Assembly: GCF_009914755.1 (NCBI RefSeq)
Contig: NC_060944.1
Length of the DNA: 64,000 nucleotides
Strand: one strand, 5' to 3'
Origin: the human T2T-CHM13v2.0 reference genome, Homo sapiens
The translations under genes were made by a program, and so were the position numbers. This document shows, piece by piece, positions 1-15,209 of the stretch; within the stretch, counting starts at the first letter, position 1, and every line of letters starts with the position of its first letter. A model generated the notes under the pieces. It was not told where the DNA came from. It saw only the letters and a list, made by a program, of their open reading frames with translations, and ran no database searches.

Positions 1-1190
1 AATGGAAACAACCCGAGTGGAATGGAATGGAATGCAATAGAATGGTATGGAATGGAAGGGAATAGAATGGAATAGAATGTAATCAAAACGAGTGGATTGG
101 AATGGAATGGATTGGAATGGATTGGAAACAAACCGAGTGGAATGGAATGCAATGGAATGGAATGCAATGGCATGGAATGGAATGGAATGGATTGCAATGG
201 AATGGCATGGAATGGAATGGAATGGAATGGAATGGAATGGAATGGAATGTGCTGGAATGGAATCGAATGGAATCAACTGGAATGGAAGGGAATGGAATGG
301 AATGGAATGGAATCAGTTAGATTGGAATGGCATGGAATGGAATGGAATGCAATGGAATGTAATTGAATGGAATCACCCAAAGTGGAATGGAAGGGAATGG
401 AATAGAATGGAAGGGAATGGAAAGGAATGCAATGGAGTCAACCCAAATGGAATCGAATGGAATGGAATGCAATGGAATGGAATGAAATGGAATGGAATGG
501 AATGGAATGAGATGGGATGGAACGGAATTAAACCGAGTGGAGTGGAATGGAATTCAATGGAATGGAATGGAATAAATTGGAATGGAATGGAATGCAATGC
601 CATGGAACGGAATCAACCCGTGTGGAATGGCATGGAATGGAATGGAATGGAATGGAATGGAATGGAATGGAATGGCATGGAAAGCAATTGAATGGAATGG
701 AATCAACCAGAGTGCAATGGAGTTGAATGGAATGGAATGGAATGGAATCAAGCCGAGTGCAATGGAATGGAATGGAATGGAATCAACCCGAGTGAAATGG
801 AATGGAAAGTTACGGAATGGAATGGAATGGAATGGAATGGAATGGAATGGAATGGAATGGAATGGAATGGAATGGAATTAACCCGAGTAGAATGGCATGG
901 AATGGAATGGAATGGAATGGAATGGAATGGAATGCATTTCAATGGAATGGAATGGAATGGAGTCAACGCGAGTGGAATGCAATGGAATGAAATGGAAGAG
1001 AATGGAATGGAATGGAATCAACCCGAGTGGAATGGAATGGAGTGGAATGGAATGGAATGGCTAGGAACGGAATGCAATGGAGTGGAATGGAATGGAGTGG
1101 AGTAGAATGGAATTCAATGGATAGGTATGGAAGGGAATGGAGTGGAATGGAAAGGCATGGAAGAGAATGGAATGGAATGGAAAGGAATGG
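1..1190 (+). repeat. Dispersed duplication; matches ~12281-13515 (left end cut by window edge)
   Basis: Same ordered rare variants: AATGGAAACAACCCGAG (1/12281), CAGTTAGATTGG (~314/~12564), CTAGGAACGG (1061/13391), ATAGGTATGG (1121/13451). ORFs 373..603 and 12623..12853 are near-identical. Confidence 0.85.
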
Positions 1191-3249
1191 AATTGAATGG
1201 AATGGAATGCAATGGAATGGAATAGAATCAACCAGACTGCAATTGAGTGGAATGGACCGGAATGGAATGGAATGGAATGGAATAATCACGTGTAGAATGC
1301 AATAGAAGGGAATGGAATCGAATGGAATGGAATGGCATTCAATGGAAACAACACGAGTGGAATGGAATGGAATGGAATGGATTGGAGTGGAATGGAATCA
1401 ACCCGAGTGGAATGGAATGGAATGGAATGGAATGGAATGGAATGGAGTGGAATGTAATGGAATAGAATGAAGTGGAATCAACCCGAGTGGAATGGAATGG
1501 TATGGAGTGAAATGAAATGGAATGGAATGGAATGATACGGAATGGAATGGAATGGAATGGAAAGGAAAGGAATGTAATCGAATCAAAACGAGTGGAATGG
1601 AATGGAATGGAAAGGAATGGAGTGGAATTCAATAGAATCAACCCTAGTGGAATGGAATGGAAAGGAATTGAATGGAATGGAAAGGAATGGGATGGAATTC
1701 AATCCAGTGTAAAGGAATGGAATGGAATGGAATGAAATGGAATGGAATAAATTCGAATGGAATGGAATGGAATGAAAAGTAATATAATGGAAATGAATGG
1801 AATCCACCCGAATGGAAAGCAAAGGAATGGAATGGAATGGAATGGAATGGAATGGAATGGAATGGAATGCAGTCCACCCGAGTGGAATGGAATGGAATAC
1901 AGTGGAATGGAATGGTATGGAATCAACTCGAGTGGAACGGAAAGAATGGTACGGAATGGAATGGAAAGGAAATGAATGGAATCAACAAGACCAGAATAGA
2001 ATCCCAAAGACTGGAATGAACAAGTGCAATGGAATGGAATGGAATGAAATGGTATCAACCCGGTTGGAATGGAATGGAATGGAATGGAATGGAATGGAAT
2101 GGAATCAATCCGAGTGGAGTGGATTGGAATGGAATGGACTTTAATTGAATCAGCCCGACCGGAATGGAATTGAATGGAATGGATTGAAATGGAATGGAAT
2201 GGAATGGAATGGAATGCAATGGAATGGAATGGAATTGATTGATTGGAATGCAATGGAATGGAATGGAATGGAATCACGACGATTGAAATGCAATGGAATG
2301 GAATGGAATTGAATCACCACGATTGGAATGGATTGGAATGGAATGGAATGGAATGGAATGGAATGGAATGGATTCAACCCGAGTGCAATGGAATGGATTG
2401 CAATGGAATGGAATCAACCCTATTGGAATGGAATGGAAAGGAATGGAATGCAGTCAACCCAAGTGGAATGTAATGGAATGGAATGGAAATGAATGGAATG
2501 GAATGGAATCAACCCGAATGGAATGGAATGGAATGGAGTGGAATAGAAAGGAATATAATGGAATGGAGTGGAATGGAATGGAATGGAATGGAATTGAAAG
2601 AACCCGAATGGAATGCAATGCAGTGGAATGGAATGGATTGGAATCAACCCAATTGGAATGGAATGGAATGGAATGGAACGGAATGGAATGGAAAGGAGTG
2701 GAATACAATGGAATGGAATCGAACCAACACGACTGGAATGGAATGGAATGGAATGGAGAGAAATGGAATGGAAGGGAATTAAATCCAGCAGAGTGGAATG
2801 GAACAGAATGGAGTGGAATGGAATGCAATTGAAGGGAATGGAATCAACTCCAGTGGAATTGAATGGAATCGAAAGGAATGGAATGTTGTGTAATGGAATG
2901 GAATGGAAGGGAATGGAATCAAAACTAGTGAAAAGGAATGGAATGGAAAGGAATGGAATGGAATGCAACGGAAACAACCCGAGTGGAATGGAATGGAATG
3001 AAATGGAAAGGAATGGAATGGAATGTAACGCAAAGGAATGGGATGGAATGGAATGGAATGGAATCAAACCGACTGGAATGGAATGGAATGGAGTGGAATG
3101 GAATCAACGCAAGTGAAATTAAATGGAATACAATGGAAAGGAATGGAATGGAGTGGAATGGAATGGAAATGATATGAACGGAATGGAATCAACCAGAGTT
3201 GAATGGAATGCAATGGAATGTAATGGAAAGGAATCAACCCATGTGGAAT

Positions 3250-4700
3250 GTAATGGAAAGGAATGCAATGGAATGGAATGAATCAACAAAAGTGGAATGG
3301 AAGGGAATGGAAAAGAATGGTAGGGAAAGGAATGGAATGCAATGGAGTCAACCTAAATGGAATCGAATTGAATGGAATGCAATGGAATAGAATGAAATGG
3401 AAAGGAATCGAATGGAATGGGATGGGATGGAATAGAATTACACTGAGTGGAGCGGAATGGAATTGAATTGAATGGAACGGAATAATTTGGAATGGAAAGG
3501 AATGGAATGCAATGGAATGGAATCAACCCGTATGGAATGGAATGGAATGGAATGGAGTGGAAAGCAATTGAATGGAATGGAATTAACCAGAGTGGAATGA
3601 AATTGAATAGAATTGAATGGAATGGAATCAACCCGAGTGCAATGGAATGGAATGGAAACAAACCGAGTGAAATGGAATGGAAAGCTACGGAATGGAATGA
3701 TTTCGAATCAAACCGAGTAGAATGGAATGGAATGGAATGGAATGGAATGGGATGGGATGGAATAGAATGGAATGTAGTGGATTAGAATCAATCTGAATGG
3801 AATGGAAAGGAATGGAAAGGAATGGAATGGAATGGAATGGAATGGAATGGAATGGAATGGAATAGAATCAACCAGAGTGGAATGGAGTGGAATGGACCGG
3901 AATGGAATGGAATGGAATGGAATAAACGCGAGTAGAATGCAATGGAAGGGAATGGAACCAAATGGAATGGAATGGCATTGAATGGGATCAACACGAGTGG
4001 AATTGAATGGAATGGATAGGAATTGAATGGAATCCACCAGAGTGGAATATAATGGAAAAGAATGGAATGTAGTGGAATCAACCCGAGTGGGATGGAATCG
4101 TATAGATTGAAATGCAATGGAATGGAATGGTATGGAATGGAATGGGATGGAATGGAAAGGAAAGGAAAGGAATGCAATGGAATCAAAACGGGTGGAATGG
4201 AATGGAATGGAAAGCAATGGAATGGAATTCAATAGAATCAACCAGAGTGGAATGGAATGGAAAGGAATTGAATGCAATGGAATGGAATGGAATGGAATCC
4301 AATCCAGTGTAAAGGAATGGAATGGAATGGAAGGAAATGGAATGGAATGGAATGGAATAAATTCGAGTGGAATGGAATGGAATGAAATTTAATATAATCG
4401 AAAGCAATGGAATCCACCCGAATGGAATGGAAAGGAATGCAATGGAATGGAATGGAATGGAATGGAATGGAAAGGAATGGAATGGAATGGAATGGAATGG
4501 AATGGAAAGGAATGGAATCAACCCGAGTGTAATGGAATGGAATGGAATGCAATGGAATGGAATGGAATCAACATGAGTGGAATGCAATAGAATGGAATGG
4601 AATGGAATGGAATGAAATGGATTGAAATCAACCCACGTGGAATGTAGTGGATTCGAATGGAATGGAATCAACCCGAGAGGAATGGAATGGAATGGAATGG
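3250..4700 (+). repeat. Dispersed duplication; matches ~17860-19480 (offset ~14.6-14.8 kb)
   Basis: Shared AAAGCTACGG (3681/~18283), AATAATTTGG, CGTATAGATTGAAAT (~4099/~18771), CAACATGAGT (4569/19351). ORFs 3492..3785 and 18094..18447 are similar. Confidence 0.8.
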
Positions 4701-6924
4701 AATGGAATGGAATGGAATGGAATGGAATGGAAACGAATGGAACGGAAAGGAATGTAAACAAACCGAGTGGAATGGAAAGGAATGCAATGGAATGGCATGG
4801 AATGGCATGGAATGGAATGGAATAGAATGGAATGAAAACGAGTGGAATGGAATGGATTCGAATGGAATGGAATAGATTGGAATCAAACAGAGTGGAATGG
4901 AATGCAATGAAATGGAATCGAATCGAATGGAATGGAATGCAATGGCATGGAATGGAGTGGAATGGAATGGAATGGAATGGAATGGAATGGAATGGAATGG
5001 AATGGAATAGAGTGCAACGGAATGGAATGGCATGGAATTGAATGGAATGGATTGGAATGCGTTGGAATGGAGTCGAATGGAATCAACTGGGATGAAAGGG
5101 AATGGAATGGAATGGAATTAATTAGATTGCAATGCAATGGAATGGAATGGAATGGAATGGAATGGAATGGAATCAACAAAAGTGGAATGGAAGGGAATGG
5201 AATAGAATGGAATGGAATGGAATGGAATGCAATGAAGCCAACACAAGCGGAATAGAATGGAATGGAATTCGATGGAGTGCAATGAAAGGGAATGGAATGG
5301 AATGGGATGGAATGGAATTAAACCGAAGGGAGTGTATTGGAATTGAATGGAATGGAATGGAATAAATTGGAATGGAATGGAAAGGAATGCAATGGAATGG
5401 AATCAACCCGTGTGGAATGGAATGGAATGGAATAGAATGGAATGGAATGGAATGGAATGGAATGGAAAGGAATGGAAAGCAATTGAATGGAATGGAATCA
5501 ACTAGAGTGAAATGGAATTGAGTGGAATGGAATGGAATGGAATCAACCAGAGTGGAATGGAATGGAATGGAGTGGAATGGGATCAACCGGAGTGAAATGG
5601 AATGGAAAGTTACGGAATGGAATGGAATGGAATGGAATCAACACGAGTGAAATGAAATTGGAAGAACGGAATGGAATTTAATGTAATGTAATCGAATGGA
5701 ATGGAATCATCCCGAGTGGAATGGAATGGAATGGAATGGAATGGAATGGAATGGAATGGAACCAATAAGAGTGGAATGGATTGGAATGGAATGGAATGGA
5801 ATGAAACGTAATGCAATCAACCCGAGTGGAATGGAATGGAATGAAATTGAATGGAATGGAATGGAATGGAATTCACCAGAGTGCAATGGAATAGAATGGA
5901 ATGGAATGGAGTGGAATTAACCCAAGTGGAATGGAATGGAATCGAATGGAATGGAGTGGAATGGAATGGAATGGAATGGATTGGAATCAAACTGAGTGAA
6001 ATGGAAAGGAATGGAATGGGATGGAATAGAATGGAATGGAGGGAATTGGAATCAATATGAGTGGAATGGAAACGACTGGAATGGAATGGAAAGGAATGGA
6101 TTGGAATGGAATGGAATGGAATAGAATCAACCAGAGTGGAACTGAGTTCAATGGACTGGAATGGAATGGAATGGAATGGAATAAACCCGAGTAGAATGCA
6201 ACGGAAGGGAATGGAATCGAACGGAATGGAATGGCGTTGAATGGAATCAACACAGGTGGAATGGAATGGAATGGAATGGATTGGAATGGAATGGAATCAA
6301 CCCGAGTGGAATGTAATGTAATGGAATGGAATGGAATAGAATCACCCCAAGTAGAATGGAATGGTAAGGAATGAAATGGAATGGAATGGAATGCAATGCA
6401 ATGGAAAGGAATGCAATGGAATCAAAACGAGTGGAATGGAATGGAATGGAAAGGAATGGAATGGAATTCAATAGAATCAACGCGAGTGGACTGGAATGCA
6501 AAGGAATTCAATGGAATGGAATGGAACGGAATGGAATGAAATGGATTGGAATCAACCCGCGTGGAATGTAGTGGATTCGAATGGAATGGAATCAACCCGA
6601 TAGGAATGCAATGAAATGGAATGGAATGCAATGGAATTGAATGGAAAGGAATGGATTCAACCCTACTGGAATCAAAGAGAATTTAATGGAAAGGAATGGA
6701 ATGGAATGGAATGCAATGGAATCAACCCGACTGTGGAATGGAATGGAATGGAATGGAATGAAATAGAGTCAAACCGACTGGAATGGAATGCAATGGAATC
6801 AAATCGAATGGAATGGAATGGAATGGAAAGGAATGGAATGGAATGGAATGCAATGGAATGGAGTGGAATGGATAGGAATGGAATGGAATGGAATGGAATG
6901 GAATGCAATGGATTGGATTGGAAT

Positions 6925-7750
6925 GGAATTAAACCGATTGAAATGCAGTGGAATGGAATAGAATGGAATGGAATGGAAAGAAACGGATTGGAATGCATTG
7001 GAATGGAAAGAAATGGAATTGAATGGAATGGAATGGAAAGGAATGGAAAGCAATGGAATGGAATGGAATGGAATGGAATCAACACGAATGGAATGGAATG
7101 GAATGGAATGGAATGGAATGGAATGGAATTTAATGGAATGGAATGGAATGGAATTTAATGGACTGGAATGGAATGGAATGGAATCAACCCGACTGGTATG
7201 CAATGGAGAGGAATGGAATGGAATGGAATGGAATCAACCCGAGTGTTATGCAAAGGAGTGGAATGGAATGGAATGGGATGGAATGCAGTCAACAGGAGTG
7301 GAAAGGAATGGATTGTAATGGAATGGAATGGAATGGAATGGAATCAAACCGAGTGGAATGGAATGGAATGGAATCAACCCGAGTGGAATGGAATGGAATG
7401 GAATGGAATGGAATGGAATGGAATGGAATGGAATGGAATTGAGTGGAATCAACACGAGTGGAATGGAATGGAAAGGAATGAAATAGAATGGAATGCAATG
7501 GCATGGAATGGAATGGAAGGGAGTGCAACGGAATAGAATGGAATGGAATGGAATGGAATTGATTGGAATGCGATGTAAAGGAATGGAAAGGAACCACCTG
7601 AAATGCAGAGGAATAGAATGGAATGCAATGGAATGGAATGGAATGGAATGGAATCAACCCGAGTGGAACGGAATGCAAAGGAACGGAATGGAATGGAATG
7701 GAATTCAATGGAAAGGAACTGAATGGAATGGAATGGAATAGATTGGAATG
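6925..7750 (+). repeat. Dispersed duplication; matches ~43305-44000 (offset ~36.3 kb)
   Basis: Shared TTAAACCGATTGAAAT (~6929/~43308), GAGTGTTATGCAAAGGAGT (7241/~43540), GGAACCACCTGAAATGC (~7590/~43844). Confidence 0.8.
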
Positions 7751-7769
7751 GAATGGCATGAAATGGAAT

Positions 7770-10700
7770 GGAATCAATGCGAGTGTAATGCAATGGAAAG
7801 GAATGGAATGGAGTGGAATGGAATGGAATGAAAAGGAATGGAATCTATGCAAGTGTAATGGAATGGAATGGAATGGAGTGGAATGGAATGGAATGAAAAG
7901 GAATGGAATCAATGCAAGTGTAATGGAATGGAATGGAATGGAGTGGAATGGAACGGAATGGAATGGAGTGGAATCAACTGGAATGGAATGGAATGGAACG
8001 GAATTGAATGGAATTGAATGCAATGGAATCAACTAGAATGGAAAGGAATGGAATGGAATGGAATGCAATGGAATGGACTGGAATGGAATCAACTAGAATG
8101 GAAAGGAATGCAATGGAATGGAATGCAATGGAATAGACTGGAATGGAATGGAATCAACAAAAGTGTAATGGAAGGGAATGGAATAGAATGGAATGGAAAG
8201 CAATGCAGTCAACACGAATGGAATCGAATGGAGTGGAATCTAAAGGAATGGAATGGAATAGAATGCAATGGAATGGAATGCAATGGAATGGGATAGAATG
8301 GAATCAAACCGAGGGTAGTGGAATGGAATTGAATGTAATGGAATGGAATAAATTGGAATGGAAAGGAATGGAATGGAACGGAATGGAATCAATGAGAGTG
8401 GAATGGAATTGAATGGAATGGAGTGGAATGGAATCAACCCGAGTGGAATGGAATTGAATGGAATGGAATGGAATGGAATTAACCCGAGTGGAATGGAATG
8501 GAATGGAATTGAATGGATTTAACACGAGTGAAATGCAATACAAAGGAACGGAATGGAATTTAATGGAATGGAATGGAATGGAATGGAATGGAATGGAATG
8601 GAATGGAATGGAATGCAAAGGAATGGAAAGGAATGGAATGGAATAGAATTGAATGGAGTCAATGCAAGTGTAATTGAATGGAAAGGAAAGGAATGGAATG
8701 GAATGGAGAGGAATGGAATGGAATAGATTTGAATGGAATGGAATCAACTGGAATGGAATGCAATGGAATGGAATGGAATTGAATGGAATCAACTAGAATG
8801 GAAAGGAATGGAATGGAATGGAAGGCAGTGGAATGGAATGGAATGGAATCAACCCGTGTGAAATGTAATGCAAAGGAATGGAATGGAATGGAATGGAATC
8901 AACAAAAGTGTAATGGAAGGGAATGGAATAGAATGGAATGGAATGGAATGGAAAGCAATAGAGTCAACACGAATGGAATCGAATAGAATGGAATGCAAAG
9001 GAATGGAATGGAATGGGATTGGATGGAATGGAAACAAACCGAGTGGAGTGGAATGGAATTGAATGGAATGGAATGGAATAAATTGGAATGGAAAGGAATG
9101 GAATGGAATGGAAAGGAATGGAATCAACCAGAGTGGAATGGAATTGAATGGAATGGAATGGAATAGAATCAAACCAGGTGGAATGGAATTGAATGGAATG
9201 GAATGGAATGGAATGGAATGGAATGGAATGGAATGCAACGGAATGGAAAGGAATGGAATAGAATGGAATGGAAAGGAATGGATTGGAGTGGAATGGAATG
9301 GAATGGAATGGAATGGAATGGAATGGAATCAACCCGAGTGGAATGTAATGTAATGGAATGGAATGGAATGGAATCAACCCAAGTAGAATAGAATGGTAAG
9401 GAATGAAATGGAATGGAATGGAGTGGTATGGAATGGAATGGAATGGAATGCAATGGAAAGTAATGCAATGGAATCAAAACGAGTGGAATGGAATGGAATG
9501 GAATGGAATGGAATTCAATAGAATCAACGCGAGTGGAATGGAATGCAAAGGAAGTGAATGGAATGGAATGGAATGGAATGGAATGGATTGCATTCAACCC
9601 GCATGGAATGTAGGGTATTCGAATGGAATGGAATCAACCCGATAGGAATGGAATGAAATGGAATGGAATGCAATGGAATTGAATGGAAAGGAATGGAGTC
9701 AACCCTACTGGAATGGAAGGGAATGGAATGGAAAGGAATGGAATGGAATGGAATGCAATGGAATCAACCCGACTAGACTGAAATGGAATGGAATGGAATG
9801 GAATGAAATGGAGTCAAACCGACTGGTATAGAATGGAATGGAATGGAATGGAATCAACTCGAATGGAATGGAATGGAATGGAATAGAATGGAATGGAATG
9901 GAATGGACTCAATGTGAGAGGAATGGAATGGAATGGATGGGATTGGACTGGAACGAAATGGAATAGAATGGAACGGAATGCAATGGATTGCATTGAAATG
10001 GAATGGAAAGGAATAAAATCAAGTGAAATTGGATGGAATGGATTGGAATGGAATGGAATGGAATGGAATGGAATGGAATCCACCCAAGTTTAATGGAATG
10101 GATTGGAATGGATTGGAATGGAATGGAATGGAATGGAGTAGAATGTAGCGGACTTCACACGAGTGCAACGGAATGGAATTGAATGGAACCAACCCGAGTG
10201 GATTGGAATGGAATGGAAATTAATGGAATGGAATGGAATGGAATCAACCCGAGTGGAATGGAATGTAATGCAATGAAATGGTTTGGAATGGTGTGGAATG
10301 GAATGGAATGGAATGCAATGGAATGGAATCAAAGCGAGTGGAATGGAATGGAATGAAATGGAATGGAATGGAATCAACACGAGTGGAATGGAAGGGAATG
10401 GAATGGGATGGGATGCAACGGAATGGAATGCAATGCAATGGAATCAACCCGAGTAGAATGGAAAGGAATGGAATGGAATGGAATGCAATGGAATACACCC
10501 AATTAGAATGGAAAGGAAAGGCATGGAATGGAATGGAATGGAATGGAATGGAATGGAATGGAAAGGAATACAAGGGCATGGAATGGAATGGAGTCAACTG
10601 GAATGGAATGGAATGGAATGGAACCAACACGAGTGGAATGAAATGGAAAGGAGCGGAATGGACAGGAAAGGAATGGAAAGGAACTGAATGTAATGGAATC

Positions 10701-11950
10701 GAATGGAGTGGAATTGAATGGAACGGAATGGAATCAATGTGAGTGAAATGGAATGGAATGGAACGTAATGGAGGGGAATGGAATGGAATGGAATGGAATG
10801 CAATGGAATCAATGCCAGTGCAATGGAATGGAATGGAATGGAATGGAATGGAGTAAATAAAATGTAATTTATTTGAATGGAATGGAATCAACTGGAATAG
10901 AATGGAATGGAATGGAATGGAATGGAATGGAATGGAATGGAATGGAATGCCATGGAATAGAATGGAATGGAATTAACAAGAATGGAAAGGAATGGAACGG
11001 AATGGAGAGGAGGCAAACCGAGTGGAATGGAATGGATTGCAATGGAATGGAACGGAATGGAATGGAATGCAAATGAATGGAGTGGAATGGAATGGAATGG
11101 AATGGAATTGAATGGAATGGAATGGAATCAATACAAGTGTAATTGAATGGAATGGAATGGAATGGAGTGGAGTGGAATTGATTGGAATTGATATGAATGG
11201 AATGGAACCAACTGGAATGGAACGGAAGGAAATGGAATGGAATGGAATGGAATCAACTAGAATGCAAAGGAATGGAATGGAATGCAATGGAATGGAATGG
11301 AATCAACCCTTGTGAAACGTAAAGCAAAGGAATGGAATGGAATGGAATGGAATCAACAAAAGTGGAATGGAATGGAATGGAAGACAATGGAATGGAACGG
11401 AATGGAATGGAATGGAATAAACCGGAGTGGAATGGAATGGAATGGAATGCAATGGATTCGATTGGAATTTAATTAACCCGATTGGAATGGAGTGGAATGA
11501 AATAGAATGGAATGGAATGGAAAGAAGCCGATTGGAATGCAGTGGACTGCAAAGGAATGGAAATGAAAGGGATGGAAAGGAATGGAATGGAATGGAATGC
11601 AATGGAATGGAATGGAATGGAAAGGAAAAGAATGGAATGGAATGCAATCAACCCGAGTGGAATGGAATGGAGTGGAAATGAATGGAATGGATTGGAATGG
11701 AATGGAATCTAATGGAATGGAATGGAATAGCGTGGAATGTAATGGAATGCAATGGAAAGGAATCAAGCCAGGTGGAATCGAAAGGAATGGAATGGAATTG
11801 AATGCAATGGAATTGAACGGAATCAAGCCGAGTGGAATGTAATGGCATGGAATGGAGTGGAATGGAATGGAAAGGAATGGAGTGGATTCAACGCGATTGG
11901 AAAGGAACGGAATGGAATGGAAAGGAATGGAATCAACCCGAGTGGAATGC
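7770..11950 (+). repeat. Multi-copy ancestral module; overlapping copies at ~19980-22040, ~24030-27310, ~29750-31950 and inside the 5.5 kb HOR
   Basis: CTTCACACGAGTGCAAC at 10153, 21990, 25417, 30141, 55761, 61301. GAGGAGGCAAAC near 11007, 26311, 31029, 44481, 57419, 62949. CAAGCCAGGTGG near 11764, 27133, 31771, 45243, 58261, 63777. Confidence 0.8.
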
Positions 11951-14900
11951 AATGGAATGGAATGGAATGGAATGGAATGAAATGGATTGGAATCAACAAT
12001 GCGTGGAATGTATTGCATTCAAATAGAATGGAATGAACCCGAGAGGAATGGAATGGAATGGAATGGAAGGGAATGGAGTGGAATGGAATGGGATGGAATG
12101 GAATGAACCCTAGTGGAATGGAATGCAATGGAATGGAATGGAATGGAATGGAACGGAATAGAATCAACCTTAAGGGAATGGAATGGAATGCAATGAAGTG
12201 GAATAGAATGGTTGGAATGGAATGGAATAGAAACAAAACGAGTGGAAAGGAATGGAATGGAAATGAATGGAATGGAATGGAATGGAAACAACCCGAGTGG
12301 AATGGAATGGAATGCAATAGAATGCTATGGAATGGAATGGAATAGAATAGAATGGAATAGAATGGAATCAAAACGAGTGGATAAGAGTGGAATGTAATGG
12401 AATGGATTGGAAACAAAACGAGTGGAATGGAATGCAATGGAATGGAATGGAATGGAATGCAATGGCATGGAATGGAATGGAATGGAATGGCATGGATTGG
12501 AATGCATTGGCTTGGAATCGAATGGAATCAACTGGAATGGAAGGGAATAGAATGGAATGGAATCAGTTAGATTGGAATGGCATGGCATGGAATGGAATGC
12601 AATGGAATGAAATGGAATGGAATCAACCAAAGTGGAATGGAAGGGAATGGAATAGAAAGGAAGGGAATGGAAAGGAATGCAATGGAGTCAACCCAAATGG
12701 AATCGAATGGAATGGAATGCAATGGAATTTTATGAAATGGAATGGAATGGAATGGAATGAGATGGGATGGAACGGAATTAAACCGAGTGGAGTGGAATGG
12801 AATTGAATGAAATGTAATGGAATAAATTGGAATGGAATGGAATGCAATGCCATGGAACGGAATCAACCCGTGTGGAATGGAATGGAATGGAATGGAATAG
12901 AATGGAATGGAATGGAATGGAATGGCATGGAAAGCAATTGAATGGAATGGAATCAACCAGAGTGCAATGGAGTTGAATGGAATGGAATGGAATGGAATCA
13001 ACCCTAGTGGAATGGAATGGAATGGAATGGAATCAACCCGAGTGAAATGGAATGGAAAGTTACGGAATGGAATGGAATGCAATGGAATGGAATGGAATGG
13101 AATGGAATGGAATGGAATGGAACGCAATGGAATGGAATGGAATGCAATGGAATGGAATGGAATGCAATGGAATGGAATGGAATGGAATGCAATGGAATGG
13201 AATGGAATGGAATGGAATGGAATGGAATTAACCCAAGTAGAATCGCATGGAATGGAGTGGAATGGAATGGAATGCATTTCAATTGAATGGAATGGAATGG
13301 AATCAACGCGAGTGGAATGCAATGGAATGGAATGCAAGGGAATGGAATGGAATGGAATCAACCCGAGTGGAATGGAATGGAGTGGAATGGCTAGGAACGG
13401 AATGGAATGGAGTGGAATGGAATGGAGTGGAATAGAATGGAATTCAATGGATAGGTATGGAAGGGAATGGAGTGGAATGGAATGGCATGGAAGAGAATGG
13501 AATGGAATGGAAAGGAATCAAGCCAAGTGGAATCGAAAGGAATGGAATGGAATTAAATGGAATGGAATGGAATTGACTAAACCCTACTGGAATGCAATGG
13601 AATGGAACGGAATGAAATGGAATGGAAAGGAATGGAATGGAATCAAAGCGATGGGAAAGGAATGCAATGGAATGGAATGGAATGGAATCCACCCGAGTGA
13701 AATGGAATGGAATGGAATGGAGTGGAATCAACCCAAGTGGAATGGAATCGAATTGAATGGAATAGAATGGAAAGGAAAGGAATGGAAAGGAATGGAATGG
13801 AATCAAACCGAGTGGAATGGAATGGAAAGGAAGGATTCGAATGGAAAGGAATGAAATGCAAAGAAATCAAACAGAGTGCAATGGAATGGAATGGAATGGA
13901 ATGTGATGGAATAGAATGAAATGGACTAGATTGGATTCAATCTGAGTGGAATGGAAAGGAATGGAATGGAATGGAAAGGAATGGAATTCAATGGAATGGA
14001 ATGGAAAGGAATGGAATAGAATCAAGGAGAGTGGAATGGAATGGAATGGAACGGAATAGAATGGGAAGGAATGGAATCTACTAGAATGGAAAGGAATGGA
14101 ATGGAATGGAACGCAGTGGAATTGGAATGGAATGGAATCAACCAGTGTGGAATGTAATGCAAAGGAATGGAATGGAATGGAATGGAATGGAATCAACAAA
14201 AGTGGAATGGAAGGGAATGGAATAGAATGGAATGGAATGGAATGCAAAGTAATGGAGTCAACCCAAATGGAATCGAATAGAATGGAATGCAATGGAATGG
14301 AATGGAATGGAATGGAATGGAATTGAATGGAATGGAATGGAATCAAACCGAGGGGAAGGGAATGGAATTGAATGGAATGGAATGTTATAAATTCTAATGG
14401 AAAGAAATGGAATGGAATGGAATGGAATGGAATGGAATGGAAGGGAATCAACCCAAATGGAATGGAATGTAATGGAATTGAATGGAATTACCGTGAGTGA
14501 AATGGCATGGAATCGAACGGAATAGAATTTAATGGAATGGAATGCAATGGAATTGAATCAACCCGAGTGGAATGGAATGGAATGGAGTGGAATGGAATGC
14601 AATGGAATGGAACCAATAAGAGTGGAATGGATTGGAATGGAATAGAATGGAATGAAAGGGAATGGAATCAACCCGAGTGGAATGGAATGGAATGGAATGG
14701 AATGGAATGGAATACACCAGAGTGGAATGGAATAGAATGGAATGAAATGGAATGGAATCAACCCCTGTGGAATGGAAAGGAATGGAATGCAATGATATGG
14801 AATGGAATGCAATTATATGGAATGGAATGGAATGGCATGGAATGAAATGGAATGGAATGGAATCGAATGGATTGGAATCAAATGGAGAGAATGGAATGGA

Positions 14901-15209
14901 ATGGAATGGAATGGAATGGAATGGAATGGAATGGAATGGAAAGGAATGGAATGGAATGAAATCAACCCGAGTGGAATGGAATGGAATAGAATGGGATGGA
15001 ATTGAATGGAATGGAGTGGATTGCAATCAATCTGAGTGGAATGGAAAGGAATGGAATTGAAGAGAATAGAATGGAATGGAATGGAATGGAATGGAATGGA
15101 ATGAAATGGAATCAACCCAAGTGTAATGGAATGGATTGGAAAGGAATGGAATGGAATGAAATGGAATCAACCCAAGTGGAATGGAATGGATTGGAAAGGA
15201 ATGGAATGG

